This document shows, one piece after another, positions 30,001-44,546 of a stretch of DNA of 64,000 nt; position 1 is the first letter of the stretch, and every line of letters starts with the position of its first letter. Below the pieces are notes generated by a model. The model was not told where the DNA came from and searched no databases. It saw only the letters and a list, made by a program, of their open reading frames with translations. This stretch comes from the human T2T-CHM13v2.0 reference genome, Homo sapiens. Location: the NCBI RefSeq assembly GCF_009914755.1, contig NC_060948.1. The stretch is one strand, 5' to 3'. Both the position numbers and the translations under genes were made by a program.

Positions 30001-33000
30001 GCTGAGCAAAGTAATATTTTACAAAGCTTACTATTGACAGAAACTTCATCCCCCAAAAAAGAGTCACATCACCTGGGTGCATTACCCAGTTATGTGTCAC
30101 AATCAACCAGAAGTGCAGGGCTAAGACAGTGTAGAAGGAAGTCATATCATTTAAGTAATTGACTTAAATAAAAGCCACAGTGCTCTTTGTAGGCAGGCTT
30201 CAGGCCAAGATTTCACATCAGCCAAGTGCTGGTCTTAGTGATATGCAAAAATGCCCTATGCTGCATTGCCAAAAAAAGATGTTGCTTATTGCTTCAGTGC
30301 TAGGTGCAGGTAAGTCACAATTTCAACTGTGCTCTGGGCATAGAAAGGAGAATCAAGACACTCAGATGCTGTGCAAAGTCATACTTCTCAATTACACTGT
30401 CAAAAATGTTCAGAAATAAGTTTCAATGTCCCACAAAAGTCCTGGCTTCAGGTATGAGAGTCAACACCTCCTGTAAGTTGGGTTGAAGTACAGGAGAGTG
30501 AAACCACAAAGGTTCCTGGCAAAAGTGTAAGTCTAAATGTCATCTGTGCACTAAAACAAGGCAGGATTATTAAATCATATGGGAGCTGGGTAAATGTGTA
30601 AGTCACAATAACATCTGTGAAAAGGGGCAGGGATGAGAATCATCATCCTGCAGATGTCCTGGCTCTGGGAATAAGTGTCCTCAGGTATCACAATCTCAAA
30701 AATAGGAATGACCTATATATAATAGTCTAAATCCCACTCATAAATTATGTTCCAGTAGGAAAGTCAAAGTACCACAGGTTTGCTAAATCATAGCTCAAAC
30801 ATCACCAAACCACCTGTGGATCAGATTCATGTATGACAGTAACAATTTCAAGCTTTGAGGCTTATGTGTGTGAGATTTACTACTTTATTTGTAGGCTTTC
30901 TTCAGGTGTGAAAATGAAAATTGTGTCACCTGGGTGTGCATCCAAGAGTCACACAATAATACCTGGTTGCAGGTACCTGCTATGAAACTCTTTGTAACAC
31001 TCAGGCTTTATATGATATGCCTGAGTAGCATAATTTTCTGTGATTTCTTATAGGTTGGAGATCTAGGACTTTACCCATGGCCTTAAGACTGCCTATGAGA
31101 GTCAAATATCTCCCCCTGGCTAGGTCTAGTTATCAGAGTTACTACTGTGCATATGAACTGAATCCAGGTATGTGTCACAATTTCACCTTTGGACTGAGAC
31201 AAGACAGAAGAGTTACATTATCTGGGTACTGAGCAAGGGATACATTATAATTTCCTTTTTAGCCAGCACCCAGTCAGAACAGTCATATCACCTGGGTACT
31301 CTCTCCAATAGTATCATCATGACCACTAAACACTTGGTTGAAAAATAGAGGATTGTCACACTCCTCGGTGCTGAGCTCAGCAATATGTTATTTTTTCCTC
31401 ATTGGCAGAGTCCAAGACAAAGAGGAGAGTCACATCACCTAGATTTTGCACTCAGTGATACGTCACAATTTCTTCAGTGGCCAGAATACAGGCATGAGTG
31501 ATTAGTCATATTACCTAGATACTATATCTAGTGCTCTGTCACAGTGTTCTCTGTGGCAGGGCACTGGCATGAGAGACACATCACCTAGCTCATAGGCCCA
31601 GAGATAGGTGATAATATCCCCTGTTGGCTGTGTTTCAACATTATTAGGATTCTGACCCAGTGATAATTCACAATGTACCTATGGGCAAGAGTTTAAGCCA
31701 AAAGTCTCAACCCCTGATTACTAGGCCTAGTGATATGACACAATCTCCTCATCTTTTACTGTGACACCTTGAACTTTCAGCTAAGCTTGAATATTAGAGT
31801 CACAATCTCACTTGTATGCTGGGTCAATGTATGACACTCTCTAAATCTGTGGGCATTATAAAACCTGGTGAGAGTTACAACTTCTCAGCGACCTTCATGC
31901 TCATTTGGACTCACAATTTTACATATTGCACTAAGCCCAGGTTTGTTGGTCAACCTGTCTTTTATATGTAGGGTTAAAGTAGAAGACTATTATTATCCCA
32001 CCTCTGGACAGATCCACATATAAATGCACCATTCCAATTTTGTTTTGTATTCCCTTGTTAGACTCAGGACCTCAACAGTGGGCATTGTACATATAGGATG
32101 GTGACAACTTTTAATTTCACCTGGATGTGTAATAAATAGTCCAAATCTGAACATTTTGCTGGGTCCTGTTGTAAAATTTTGTACCACTAATGAGTTTATA
32201 CAATATAAGTTAGTGTTGTATCCTTTGAGCTTGGTACAAATATGCAGCCCAGGACTTACTTATTGCCCTAAACCTAACAATGAGATTCAAAATATCTTCT
32301 ATTGGCTGAACTGCAGTGTAAATGTGAACATCATACCTATGAGCTGAATCAAGGTACATGTCATAGCCCCATTTGTGAAAAATAAAAAACAGGAAGGCAG
32401 CACCATTTAGGTGTTGTGCCAAGCAATATGTTTCAGTGCCTTCTCTAGGCAGGGTATAGAAAACTGGGTCACATAAACTGGGTGCTAGACCAAGAAATAT
32501 GACACCATTTCACATGTGAAAAAAACCCAAAAATGTTATGAGAGCCAAAACACCTACATATTGGACCCAAGGTATGTCAAAATACCTTCAGTGGCTCCAG
32601 TACAGACAGGAGAGTCACATCATAATAGTGCTGGGCATAGCAATAGGCAATATGCCATAATTTCCTGTTTTTATAGAAATCAGGCAGAACAGTAACATCA
32701 ACTGGGTGTTGGGCCCTGAAACAGGTCAAAATTCCTTTTTTGGGTGGCATGGTTTAGGAAAAAAAGGAGAGTCACCTATCCTGAGTGCTGGGTTAAGCAA
32801 TGTGTCAAAATCATCCTATTGTGAGGTCCAGGCAGAAAAAAGAGAGTCGCATCACTTAGGCCACGGGGTAAGAGATATGTCCCAGGGTCCCCAGCAGGGA
32901 GAACTCAGGCAGACAAGCAGAATTATATCAAATAGATGCTTTTGTAGGAATATGTCACAGTGTAACATGTGCACAGAAACTAGGCAGAAGAGCCACATCA

Positions 33001-36000
33001 CTGGGGGCTGGGTCCTGACATATGCCACAAGACTATCTTAGGACAGCACCCAGGTAAGATTGTTACATCACCTAGGTCTCTGCTTATGCCTCAATTCCCC
33101 ATGTCTGTATGGCCCAATTCAGGAGTCACTTTACTGAGGTAATAGGCACAAAGATATGTCATAATGACCTCTACAAAGCATAGCTCTGTCAAAGAGTAAC
33201 ATCACCTGTGGGTCTGTCCTAGAAATATGTCACTCTCTAGGTTGGCAATGCCCAAGTAGAAAAGCCACATAACATAGATGATAGGTCCAGAGATATGTCA
33301 CAATGCCCTTTTTTGGGAATACCTCTGGAAAAGCAGTACCCTCACCTGTGTGCCTGGCCTTGCAATAAGTAACTCTCCTTCCTTTGTGCAGGGCCCATTC
33401 CATAGTGGAGATTTACTTCATCTATGGGTAGACACAGAAATATGTCACAATAATTATGATGGGCATGGCACAGACAAAAAGTAACATCACATGCATATTA
33501 GATTAAGTGACATTTCACAATCCTTACTGAGAGAAGGGCCCAGGCAGGAGAGTCACATCACCTCGAGGTTGGCCAAGATAGGTATCACTGTTCCATACAT
33601 GAGCTGGAACAAGTATGGAGTATCAAATTGCACAGGTGCTTGGCAAAGATCTATATCACAATCACACCGTCAGAAAATCCCACAGATGAGATTTACAATA
33701 TGACACATGTCCTATTTTAATGTGTGACAATTGGTTTCATCCGTGTGAGATTTTGACAGTCTTTACTGTCAGATATGTGTACTTCAAAGACATAATTTCT
33801 TCTGTGTGCTGAGCCCTGCTTTGTTTCTGTCTGTATAACCCAAAGACTTTGTATATGTGTGAGTTTTGTAATCTTTTGTGACCTTTGCAGAAGCTGATAC
33901 AAGATATCACAAACGTTCCTAAACTTATTTATAAGAGTCAAAATATCTTCTATTGGCTGAGTCCACATATGAGAGTCACTATTATTACTGTGAACTGTGC
34001 CAAGGTTTATGTTACAATTTCTTCTGTGGTTATGAAGCATTCAGAACAGCCACATCACTTAAGTTCTTTGCCAGAAATATTCCAATATACTCTTTGTAGG
34101 CAGGATCCTGTCAGAAATGCTATGTAACTTGTGTGTTAGATCCAGCTTTATGACACAATGTCCTTTGTTGGTAATGTCCGGGGGGCAGAGAAAAGAGAAA
34201 AGCCATATCAGCTAAATCATGGGCCGCAAAGTATGTCACTCTGCCTTCTCTTGACAGGGCCCAGGCAAGAGAGTCATATCATTTGCATGCAGTGTTTAGA
34301 AATGCTACAATTACCAAGAAAAGCCATATACAGGCAGGAGAGAACAGTCATGTAATGTAGATCATGGACCAGAAATATGTTACAGTCACTCCTGTGGATA
34401 TTGTTAAGATAACACAGTCAAATGACAAAGGTGCTTAGCCCAAGGATTTGTCAAAATGTCATTTGAGGACTATACCTACACAGAATTATTACATCACTAA
34501 GGAGCTGGGCAAAGGTATATATAAGTTACACTTGTAGATAGGTTTAAGAATAACAGTCACCATCCTGCACATATCCTGGCTCCAGATATATGAATTGTTA
34601 TTAGGCTTTTATTATGTTCTCTGGTGTATGGCACAATATCACCTGCAACCAGAGAGAAGAAAATAAAGTCTCATCAGCTACGTGGGTGTAGATCCAGTGA
34701 GATGTCACAATCCACCTTGTGGACAAGACCCTGGCAGAAGTGTCAAATTACCCGGATGCTGGTTTCAGTGATATATCAAAACTCCTTCTCTAGGCAGGAT
34801 TCTCACAAAAGAGGAGACTCATTTCACATGGGCAATTGGCCTAACTATGTGTCACAATGTTTCTTATGTGCATTATCAAGGCTGGAGAGTGACCTCAGAG
34901 GGGGGCTGGACCCAGAAATACGTCACAACCTCTCTGTGGCCAAGGCCCAGGAAAAAGCAAAGAAACATGAGCTACATGCTGAGCTAAGTGATATGTTACA
35001 ATGTTCCTGTTAGTAGAAGTCAAAAAGGAGAATGACATCGCCTAGGGGCAGTATTCAGTTATGTGTCAAAATCCACTGTAAGTACAGGGCCAAGGCAGTA
35101 GAAGGGAGTCACGTCAATTCATGGGGGATGTAGATATAAAACACAATTCTTCTTGTAGGCAGATTTCAGGCAGATAATTCACATTACCTGGGTGATGGTC
35201 CCAGTGATATATGAAAGTGCCCTTTGAAGGCAAGGCCAAAGAAGGTATTATATATTCCTTGGGTTTTTGTTCAACATATGGCACTATTTCACCTGTTGTC
35301 TGGGCCTAGAAAAGAGAGTCAGATTATTCATGTGCTAGACATGGTTACCTGTCCCAATCACACTCTCAGATATGTTTGGAAATAAGTTTCACATGCCACA
35401 CAACACCTGGTTTCCTGTAGGTAAGTCAACTCTTTCTATGAGGTAGATCTTAATAGAGGAGTCATAATCTCAACAACGGTCAAGATTCATGTATAGGAGC
35501 CCCAATCCCCCTTGAAGACTGTGTTCCAGTAAGGAAGACACAACACCACAGGTGTGCTGAATCATGGTTCAAATGTTACCAAATCATCTGTGAATCAGAT
35601 CTATGTATGAGAATAATTATTTAAACATTTGACTGCTTATTTGTGCGATATTAGTACCTTATTCCTATGCCCTGTTCATGTGTGAGAATGACAATCATGT
35701 CAGCTAGGTGTGCATTCAAACTTCCCATTCTCATTTCATTGCTGGCCTCTGTTATAACATTATTTGTACAATTAAGGCTTTATATGATATAGCCGAGTGT
35801 TATAATCCTTTGTAAATTTTATACAATTAAAAAAACCAGGACTTTACCCATGGTCATAAGACTGGCTATGAGAGTCAATTATCTCTACTGGCTGGGTCCA
35901 GGTATGAGAGTTATTATTCTGCATGTGTGCTTAACACATATATATATCACAACTTGACCAGTCAGCAGTTATAAGAAAGGAAAGTCACATCACCGAAGTG

Positions 36001-38800
36001 TTGTGTCAATTATACAGTACAGTCTTATTTGTAGACTGGGCCTAGTCAGAAATGTCACATCCGATCACCTTGGTGCTGAGCCAGTGATACAGTATAATCT
36101 CCTTTGCATATGGCAACTAGTCAGAATGGTCACATCGCCTTGGGACAGCATCAAAGAGTATGTCACCAAGTGCACTATTGACAGGAGGAAAGAAAAAGAG
36201 GAGCATCACTCTACCTAAGTGCTGGGCTCTGCAAACTGTAATAATCCACTCTCTTGGCAGAGTCTAGAATATGAAGCAAAGCCACATCACATAGGTTTTG
36301 CAATCAGTGGTATGTCAAAACTTCTTTGGTGAGCCAGATCCAGACAGGAGAGGAGAGTTACAAGACCTAGATGTTAAGTTAAACAATATTTCCCAATGTC
36401 CTCTGGGGGCAGAGAACATGCAGGAGAGACCAATTCCCCAGTTTATAGGCCCAGATTAATGTGATAATATCTCCTGTTAGCAGAGTCCAGACAGAAGAGT
36501 CACATTATAATAATATGAACCCAGTGATATATCACAATGCACCCATGGGAAGAAATTTATGCCAAATTATCTCAACAGCTGGGTACTAGGCTTAGTAATA
36601 TACCAAATTTCCTTGACTTTGAGGGTGAAACCATTAACTGTGAGCTGGGTGCGTATATAAGAGTAACAATTTCATTTGTTTCCTGGGCCATTGATTAACA
36701 CTTTATTGCATTAGAGTTGCAAATCATTCTGAGGCCTACATGCTTATATGGATTCATGATCTTACATAATGCCCTAAACCCAAGGTATAGCAGTCAACAT
36801 CTCTTCTGTAGTCTGGTTTCAGGGATGACACACTTTATTATGCCTGTGAGCTGGATCAAGAAAAGAGTCACCAGCCCACCTATGGCCAGATCCACATATG
36901 AAGGTCACAATTCCAATTTTGTAGTGTATTCACTTGTTAGACTCAAGACCTTAACAGTGAGCTTTGGATAATTGGAATAGTCTCAACATTTGCTTTTACT
37001 TGAGTGTGTAATCCAGAGTCCCAATATGAATTTTTGCTATTCCCTGTCATGAAACTCTCTGTACCCCACAAGGAGTTTATACATTCCCAGTTAGTTTTAT
37101 AAAGATCTTTTAGTTTGGTGCAAATATGCAACCCACAACCTCATCTATTAATCTTGTCCTAGTGTTACAAAGCAAAATATCTCCTATTGGCTGAATCCCA
37201 GTATAATTTGGACCATCTTGCCTGTGAACTGAAGTAAGGTATATGTCATTATCTCATTTGTGTGTCAAAAACTAAGCAGGGTTGCACCATCACTTAGGTG
37301 CTGTGCCAAGCATCATGTCACAATGCTGTCTCTAGGCAAAGTATAGGAATTAAAATCATATTAACTGGGTAATAGACCCAGCAATATGACACTACACCAT
37401 ATGTGGAAAAAGAACAGAAAAGAAATCAGAGCCAAAACACCTACAGAATAAGCTCAGGATATGTCAAAATACCTTCTGTAGCTGCAGGAAAGCGTGATAG
37501 TCACATGTTAGTGTGCTGGGAACAGCAACATGCCATAATCCTCACTGTATGCACAATCCAGGCTAAAAAGTAATATTATATGCATGCTGGGCCCTGCAAT
37601 AGGTCAAAATTTCTGTTTGTTTGCATGGTTCAACAGAAAAAGGAGTCAATTTGAGTGCCAGGCTGAGCAATATGTCACAATTCCCTCATTGTAAACACCA
37701 GGCTGAAGAACAGAGTCAATTCACTTAAGTCTTGGGCTTGGAGACAGGTACCACTGCCCTAGTAGTCAAGGCAGAGTCAGAAAAGGAAAGTCATGTTACC
37801 TAGGTGCTTTCCTAGTTATATGTCACAATCTAACAAGTGGGCAGAAATCAGGCAGAAGAGTCACATCACCTGGGTAGAGCCTCAAGTAATATGTCACAAT
37901 GCCCAATGTAGACAGGTTTGATGAAAAAAAAATCACAACACATAGGTGCTGAACTCAGGAACATGTAGTAATTCCATGTCTTGGCAGAGTCCAGGGAAAA
38001 GAAGAGAGTCATGTCACTTAGGCTTTGCACTCAATTGTATGTCACAATTTCTTTGGTAGACAGGTTCCAGGCAGAAGAGGAGACTCACATTACCTAGATG
38101 CTATATCTAGTGATATATCACAATGCACTGGCAGGAGAGACATATCACCTGGCCAATAGGCCCAGAGGTGTACAAAAATACCCCATTTTCAAGGCCCAGG
38201 CAGAAGAGTCCCATTATCATGATTCTGACCCAGTGATATATAACAATGTCCTTATGGAAAGGAATTTAAACCAAAATGTCCCAACACTGGGGTACGAAGC
38301 CAAGTAATATGACACAATCTCCTCATCTTTAAGGGTGACACAATTAATGGTTAGCTAGTTGTTTATATGGAGTCACAATGTCACGTATGTTGTAGCCATT
38401 GTAAAACATTCTCTGCAACATCTGTTAACAATATACAACATGCGTGAGAGTTGAAACATCTCTGAGGCCTACATGCTTATATGAACTCATGATCTTTCAT
38501 ATTGCCTTAAGCCAACATATGACACTCAACATCTCTCCAACAGGCTTGCTTCAGAGATGAGATCATTTATAAACCTGTGACCTGGGGCCAGAAGTGAGTC
38601 ACCATCTTACCTGTGACAATATTAACTTTTGAAAGTCACAATTCCAACTTGTGTATGCACTTGTTCTGTATGCACTTGTTAGACTCAGGATCTTAACAAT
38701 GGGATTTGTAATGTGAGAAGGTAACATCTTTTACTTTCACTTGAATGTGTAGTGGAGATTCAGAATCTTAACATTTTGCTGGCATCTGTTGTAAATAACT

Positions 38801-39171
38801 TTTAGTATAGAATTAATAACGGAAGTTTTGAGTAAACACAATTGTGGATAATTAACATGGTTAAGAGCGTAGTTCTAAAAATGATTAAGGTCAGGTACTA
38901 TGGTCTAAAGTAAATACTATTAAGGGGAAATTTTCTTGGTCAAGCTCCCCACTGAGAGGGCCAATTAGTTCAAATAGAGGTAGAATAAACAGACTTAACT
39001 GGGGAAGCCTATATTGTCCCTAATTTTACCCTGGGGTAAAATTTAAGCCTGCTCAATTATTACAAGCTATGTAACTTTTCAGCCTTCAAAAAAGGTTTGT
39101 GACTGTTCCTTATAACGTCCCCTAATATTTCCTTTTAATATTTCTACCAGAAACCAGAGTGAATCTCAACA
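38801..39171 (-). mobile_element. LTR22-like (HERV-K HML-5) LTR, 5' ~370 bp only
   Basis: The minus strand starts TGTTGAGATTCACTC..AGAAATATTAAAAGGAAATATTAGG..GTCACAAACCTTTTT..GTTACATAGCTTGTAATAATTGA and stops at TATACTAAA, matching the LTR22 U3 as recalled. No TSD is visible. Confidence 0.8.
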
Positions 39172-42100
39172 TACCGGCTGTGTCTAGGTATGAGAGTTAT
39201 TATTGTGCAGAAGTGGTTAACCCAAACATTTTTCACAGTTCCACCTATGAGCAGGAAGAAGCCAGGATACTCACATCATCTGGATGCTTAGCCAGTGATA
39301 CAGTATAATCACATATGTAGGCTGAGCATAGTATGAAGAGTCACATCACCTGGATACAGACTGAAATAGTATCAAGCCTGCTATTGACAGAAAAAGAGAC
39401 AAGTCACTCAACCTAGGAGCTGGGCTCTGCAAAATGTAATAATCCCCTCTCTTGACAAAGTCTAGAACATGGATGAGAGTCACAATACCTAGGTTTTGCA
39501 ATCAGCTGTATGTTACAGTTTACTTGGTGAGCAGAAGACAGACAGGAGAGGTGAGTAACATGACCTAGATGTTAAGCCAAATGATATTTTACAATGTCTT
39601 CTGGGGGCAGGCACTGGAGAGAAAAATCACCAAGTTTATAGGCCCAGAGATATGTGATACTATTATCTATTGGAAGGGTCCTAGCAGAAGAGTCACATTT
39701 TTATGATTCTAACCCAGCAATATGTCAAAATGTACCCATGGGAAATTTAAACCAAAATGTATCAACACCTGGGTACTACGCCTAGTAAGATGCCAAATCT
39801 CCTTGTCTTTTAGGGTGACACCATTAACCATGAGCTGGCTGTGAATATGAGAGTCACAATCTCACATGTTTCCTGGGGCACTGTATAACCCTTTACATCA
39901 TTAGAAGGCTTTATAGAGCATGAATGAGAGTTGCAAACCTACATGCTGCTATGGACTCATGGTATTACATACTTTCCTAAACTGAAGTATGACAGTCAAC
40001 ATCTGTCTTGTATGCTGGCTTCAGGGATGAGTCCATTATTATGCCTGTGAGCTGGGTCCAGAAATGAGTCACCAACCCACTTGTGGCCAGATTCCCTTAT
40101 GAAAGTTACAATTCCAATTTTTTACTGTATTCACTTGTTAGACTCAGGACCTCAACAATGGGCCTTGTAAATATAAGATGGTCACAACTTTTACTTTCAC
40201 CACAATGTGTAGTTGAGAGTCACAATCTTAACATTTTGATGGGCTCCATTAGGAAACATTCTGTACCACACAAGAAGTATTTATGATATGAGTTAGTGCT
40301 GTAAAATTGTGTGAGCTTTGTAAAATATCAAATTAAAGAATTTATCTATTGATCTAAACCTAGTGATAAGAGAAAAAAAAATCTCTCCTACTGGCCGAAT
40401 ATAAGCTTGATCATCATGCCTTTGAACTGAAGGAAGGTATATGTCATAATTCAATTTTTAGGACAAAACCTAGCCAGAAGGTTAACATCACTTAGGTGCT
40501 ATGCAAAACAATAAGTCACAATACCCTTTTCAGTCAGGGTCTACTAAAGAAGGTCACATTAACTGGGGGATGGAGCTTAGTAATGTGATACAATCACACG
40601 TGGAAGAAAGCAAGCAAAGTAATGAGAGCCAAAATACCTACAGACTGGGCCAAAGATATGTCAATATAATTTCTGTGGCTCTGTCACAGACAGGAGAGTC
40701 ACATCATTAGAGTGCTGGGCCAAACAGTATGCCATAATTCCCTCTTTATGCATGACCTAGGCAGAAGAGTAACATCATCTGGGTGCTGAGCCCTAAAATA
40801 TGGCAAAAGGCCTGTTCATGGGCATTGTTTGGCAGCAAGTCAAAAGTAACATTATCTAAGTGCTGGGCTCAATATCTCACAATACGTCAATTGTTTATAT
40901 GTATTTAATACACCTAGACAATTTAATAGGTGGGCAGAATCCAGGCTGAAGAGCCAAATCACCTGGTCCTGGGACCTGAGATATTCACAAGCCCTCCTTA
41001 GAAAAGGACCCAGTCAAGAGATTTACATCACCTAGGTGCAGGTCCCACACTTATTTTACAATGCTCCATGTGGGCAGGGCCAAGCAGGAAGTCACATCAC
41101 CTAGGTGAAAGGCATAGAAATATGTCACAAAGCTTTCCTTAAAGCATGTCCCTGACAAAAGAGTACCATCACCTTTGTGTCTGGCCTAGCGATATGTCAC
41201 TTTTCAAGTGGGCAGTTCCCAAGCAGAAGAGACATATCATCTCTATGATAGGTTCTGTGGTATTTCAAAATGTCCTCTTTTGGACATTTTGAAATATGCC
41301 AAAATAGTATCATAACCTCTGTGCCAGGCTTAAGAATATGTCATTATCCTGCCCTGCTTGCAGGGCCCATTCCAGAGAGCAGAGTAATGTCTTTTAAGTG
41401 ATGGACACAGTGATATGTAACAATGATGTCTGTCTCATGGGGCAGGCAAGAATGTAACATCACCTTGTTACTGCATCCAGTAATGTCACAATACTTACTG
41501 AGAGCAGGGCCCAGGCAGAAGAGTAACCTCACTTCAAGGCTGACCCAGGTAAATATCAAAATCCCATATGTATGCTTGAACCAGTCTGAAGAGACAAATC
41601 ACACCGGTAATTGGCAAAGATTATATCACAGTCTTGATGGAATAAAATTCTAGGGATTAGATTTAAAATACCACACATGTCCTGTTTTCATGTAGGACAG
41701 TTGCATTCATCCATCTGTGATGGTGAAAGTCCATACTGTCAGTTGGGTTTGCATACGAGACTCACAATTTATTCAGTGTGCTAGGCCCTTTATGACACTC
41801 TCTATACAACAGAAGGGTGTTATAAAATATGTGTGAGTTAGTAAACTTCTGTGACCTTTATAGCAGGAGATTCCACATCACTCATGTCCCTAAACCTAGT
41901 TATAAGAGGCAAAATTTCTTCTATTGCCTGGTCCCACATATAAGAGTCATTATGATGCCTATTAGCTGTGCCTAGGTGTATGTCACCATGCCTTCTTTGG
42001 TTATAAAACAGACAGAACAAACATATCACCTAAATTCTAAGCAAGAAGTATTCCAACCTTCTCTTTGTTAGCAGGGCACTAACAGAAAATTTACAAAACT

Positions 42101-44540
42101 TTGGTGCTAGTCCAAGTTGTATGGCATAATGCCTCTTCTGGAGAGTGTCCAGGCAGTTGAGGAGAGTCACATCACCTAAATGATGGGCCCAGAGATATGT
42201 CACAAAACCTCCTGTTGAAATGGCCCAGGAAAGAGAGTCACGCTATTTGGAGGCAGTGTTTAAAAATGCTATACTCTTCACTGGAAGGAGGTTCAGGCAA
42301 ATGAGGAACATCACATTACCTAGATGATGGGCCCATAGATATGTTATAATTTTTTCTGAGGACACTGTTATGACAGGAGAGTCAAACTAATAAGGTTGTT
42401 GGTCCAGGTATATGTCAAACTGTCATATGCAGGCTATAATTAGGCAGGATTATTAAATCACTAAGGAGCTGGACAAACGTATATGTCACAATAACACCAG
42501 TGGAAAGGTTCAGGAATGAGAGTCATCATTCTGCCCATACTAGCTCCAGGTATAAGAGTTGCTATTATCCCTTTGATGTGTTCTCAGGTATATGCCACAA
42601 TATCACCTGTGGGCAAGGTGAAGAAAGGTAAGTCACATCACCTTAGTGGGCTCTGGTCCAGTGAAATATCACAATCCTCCTGGTGGGCAGGACTCCTGGA
42701 AAACAGTCACATCACCTGGATGCTGTTTTAAGTGATATATCAAAATCCACCCTATGTGCAGGGCTTAGGCAGGAGATGAGACAAACTTAAGCAATTGGCC
42801 TGGAGATATGTCACAAAAGCCCCTAAGTGCAGAACCAAGGCCGGAAAGTGTCCTCGCTTTGCTTCTGGGTTCAGCAACATTTCACAATCTCTCTGGTGGT
42901 TGGAACTCAGGAAAGAAAAAAGAAAAATCACCTAGGTGCTGAACCAAGAGTTATGTTAAAAAGCTTTCTATTGGCAGAGCCCCACAAAAAATGAGTTGCA
43001 TCACCTGAGTGCAGTACCCTGTTATGTGTCACAATGCACAATAAGTACAGTGCCAAGGCAGTAGAAAGAAGTCACATCACTTACATGATGGATCTAGAAA
43101 AAAGCCACAGTGCTCTCCGTAGTAAGGGTTCAGGACAAGATTTTACATCAGCTGCATGCTGGTGTTAGTGACATGTAAAAGTGCCCTTTGTCACATTGCT
43201 GAAGGTGTTATATATTGCTTGTTGCAGGTGTGTCACAATTTCAACTGTGCTCTGGGCCAGAAAGGAGAGTCAAAATACTCAGATACTGGGCAAAGTCACA
43301 CTTCTCATTCACATACTGAAAAATGTTCAGAATCAGATTCACAGTCCCACACAAGTCCGAGCTTTAGGTATGAGAGTCAACATCTCCTATGATTGAGTCA
43401 AAGTAGAGGAGTCACAATATCAACAATGGGCAAGATGCATGTGTAAAAGCCTCAATCCCACTTGAAGATTGTATTCCAGGAGGAGAGTCAAATCACTAAA
43501 TTTCGCTGAATCATGGTTCAAACATCACCAAACCACCTGTGGATCTGATTCATATGTGAGTGTAACAATTTCTAGCTTTGACTGCTTATGTGAGGTAGAA
43601 TTACTACATCATTCATAGGCTCTGTTTATGTGTGAGAATGAAAACCATGCCAGCTGGGTGTGCATCCAAGAGTCACAATAACACATGGTCGCTGGTGCCA
43701 TTTACAACATGCTTTGTACAACTCAGACTTTATATGATATGACTGAGTAGGCTAATTTTCTGTGAATTCTTATAGGTGGGAGATTTGGACTTTATCCATG
43801 GCTATAAGATACACTATGAGAGTTAAAGTATTTCCCATGGCTGGGTGCCTTCATGAGAATTATTATTGTGTATGTGCACTGATTTCAGGTGTATATCATA
43901 ATTTTGCCTTTGGACAGAGACAAGACAGAAGAGTCACATCATTTGCATACTGAGCCATGGATACCCTATAATCTCCTCTGTAGGAAGGAGCAACTCCCAT
44001 GGGTCAAATCACCTGGGTGCAATCTCAAATAATAGGTCATCTTGACAGCTGTATACGGGATTGAAAAAATAGTGGATAGTCACATCATCTAAGTGTTGGG
44101 CTTAGCCATATGATATAATTCCCTCTCTTGACAGAGTACAGAACAAAGGGGGGAGGTTCACATCACCTATGTTTCGCACTTGGGGTATGTCACAATTTCA
44201 TCAGTGAGCAGGACCCAAGGAGGAGAGGTGAGCCACATTACCATGATACTATATATAGTGATATATCATAGTGTTGCCTGTGGGCAGGACACCAGAAGGA
44301 GAGATACATCACCTAGAAAATAGGCCTAGAGATATGTGACAATATTTCCTGTTTGCTGGGCCTAAGATGAAGAGTCGTATTATTATGATTCTAATCCAGC
44401 GATATTTCACAATCCACCTGTAGTAACGAATTTGAGTCATTAATCTCAACACCTAGGGTTACTAGGCATAGTGGTGTGACAAAATCTCCTTATGTTTTAG
44501 GGTGACACTTTTTACTGGTGTGTATTTAAGTGTCACAACC

Positions 44541-44546
44541 TAACAC
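44541..44546. other. Left target-site duplication of the provirus (taacac); right copy taacat at 53860-53865
   Basis: 6-bp repeat with one C/T difference. Joining the flanks restores the array motif gtcacaa.ct.aca.gttt.ct.gg seen uninterrupted at ~39853. Confidence 0.85.

Larger units (their letters stand above)
9020..44546 (+). repeat. Complex diverged beta-satellite (BSR) array, left part: ~68-76-bp monomers plus spacer modules in a ~4.8-kb higher-order unit
   Basis: Recurrent GAGAGTCACATCACCTAGGTG..GGCCCAGAGATATGTCACAATG..CTGTGGGCAG resembles the 68-bp beta-satellite consensus (GATCAGTGCAGAGATATGTCACAATGCCCCTGTAGGCAGAGCCTAGACAAGAGTTACATCACCTGGGT). The catcacc motif or a variant recurs at 41026, 41095, 41167, 41235 and 41311. 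Confidence 0.88.
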
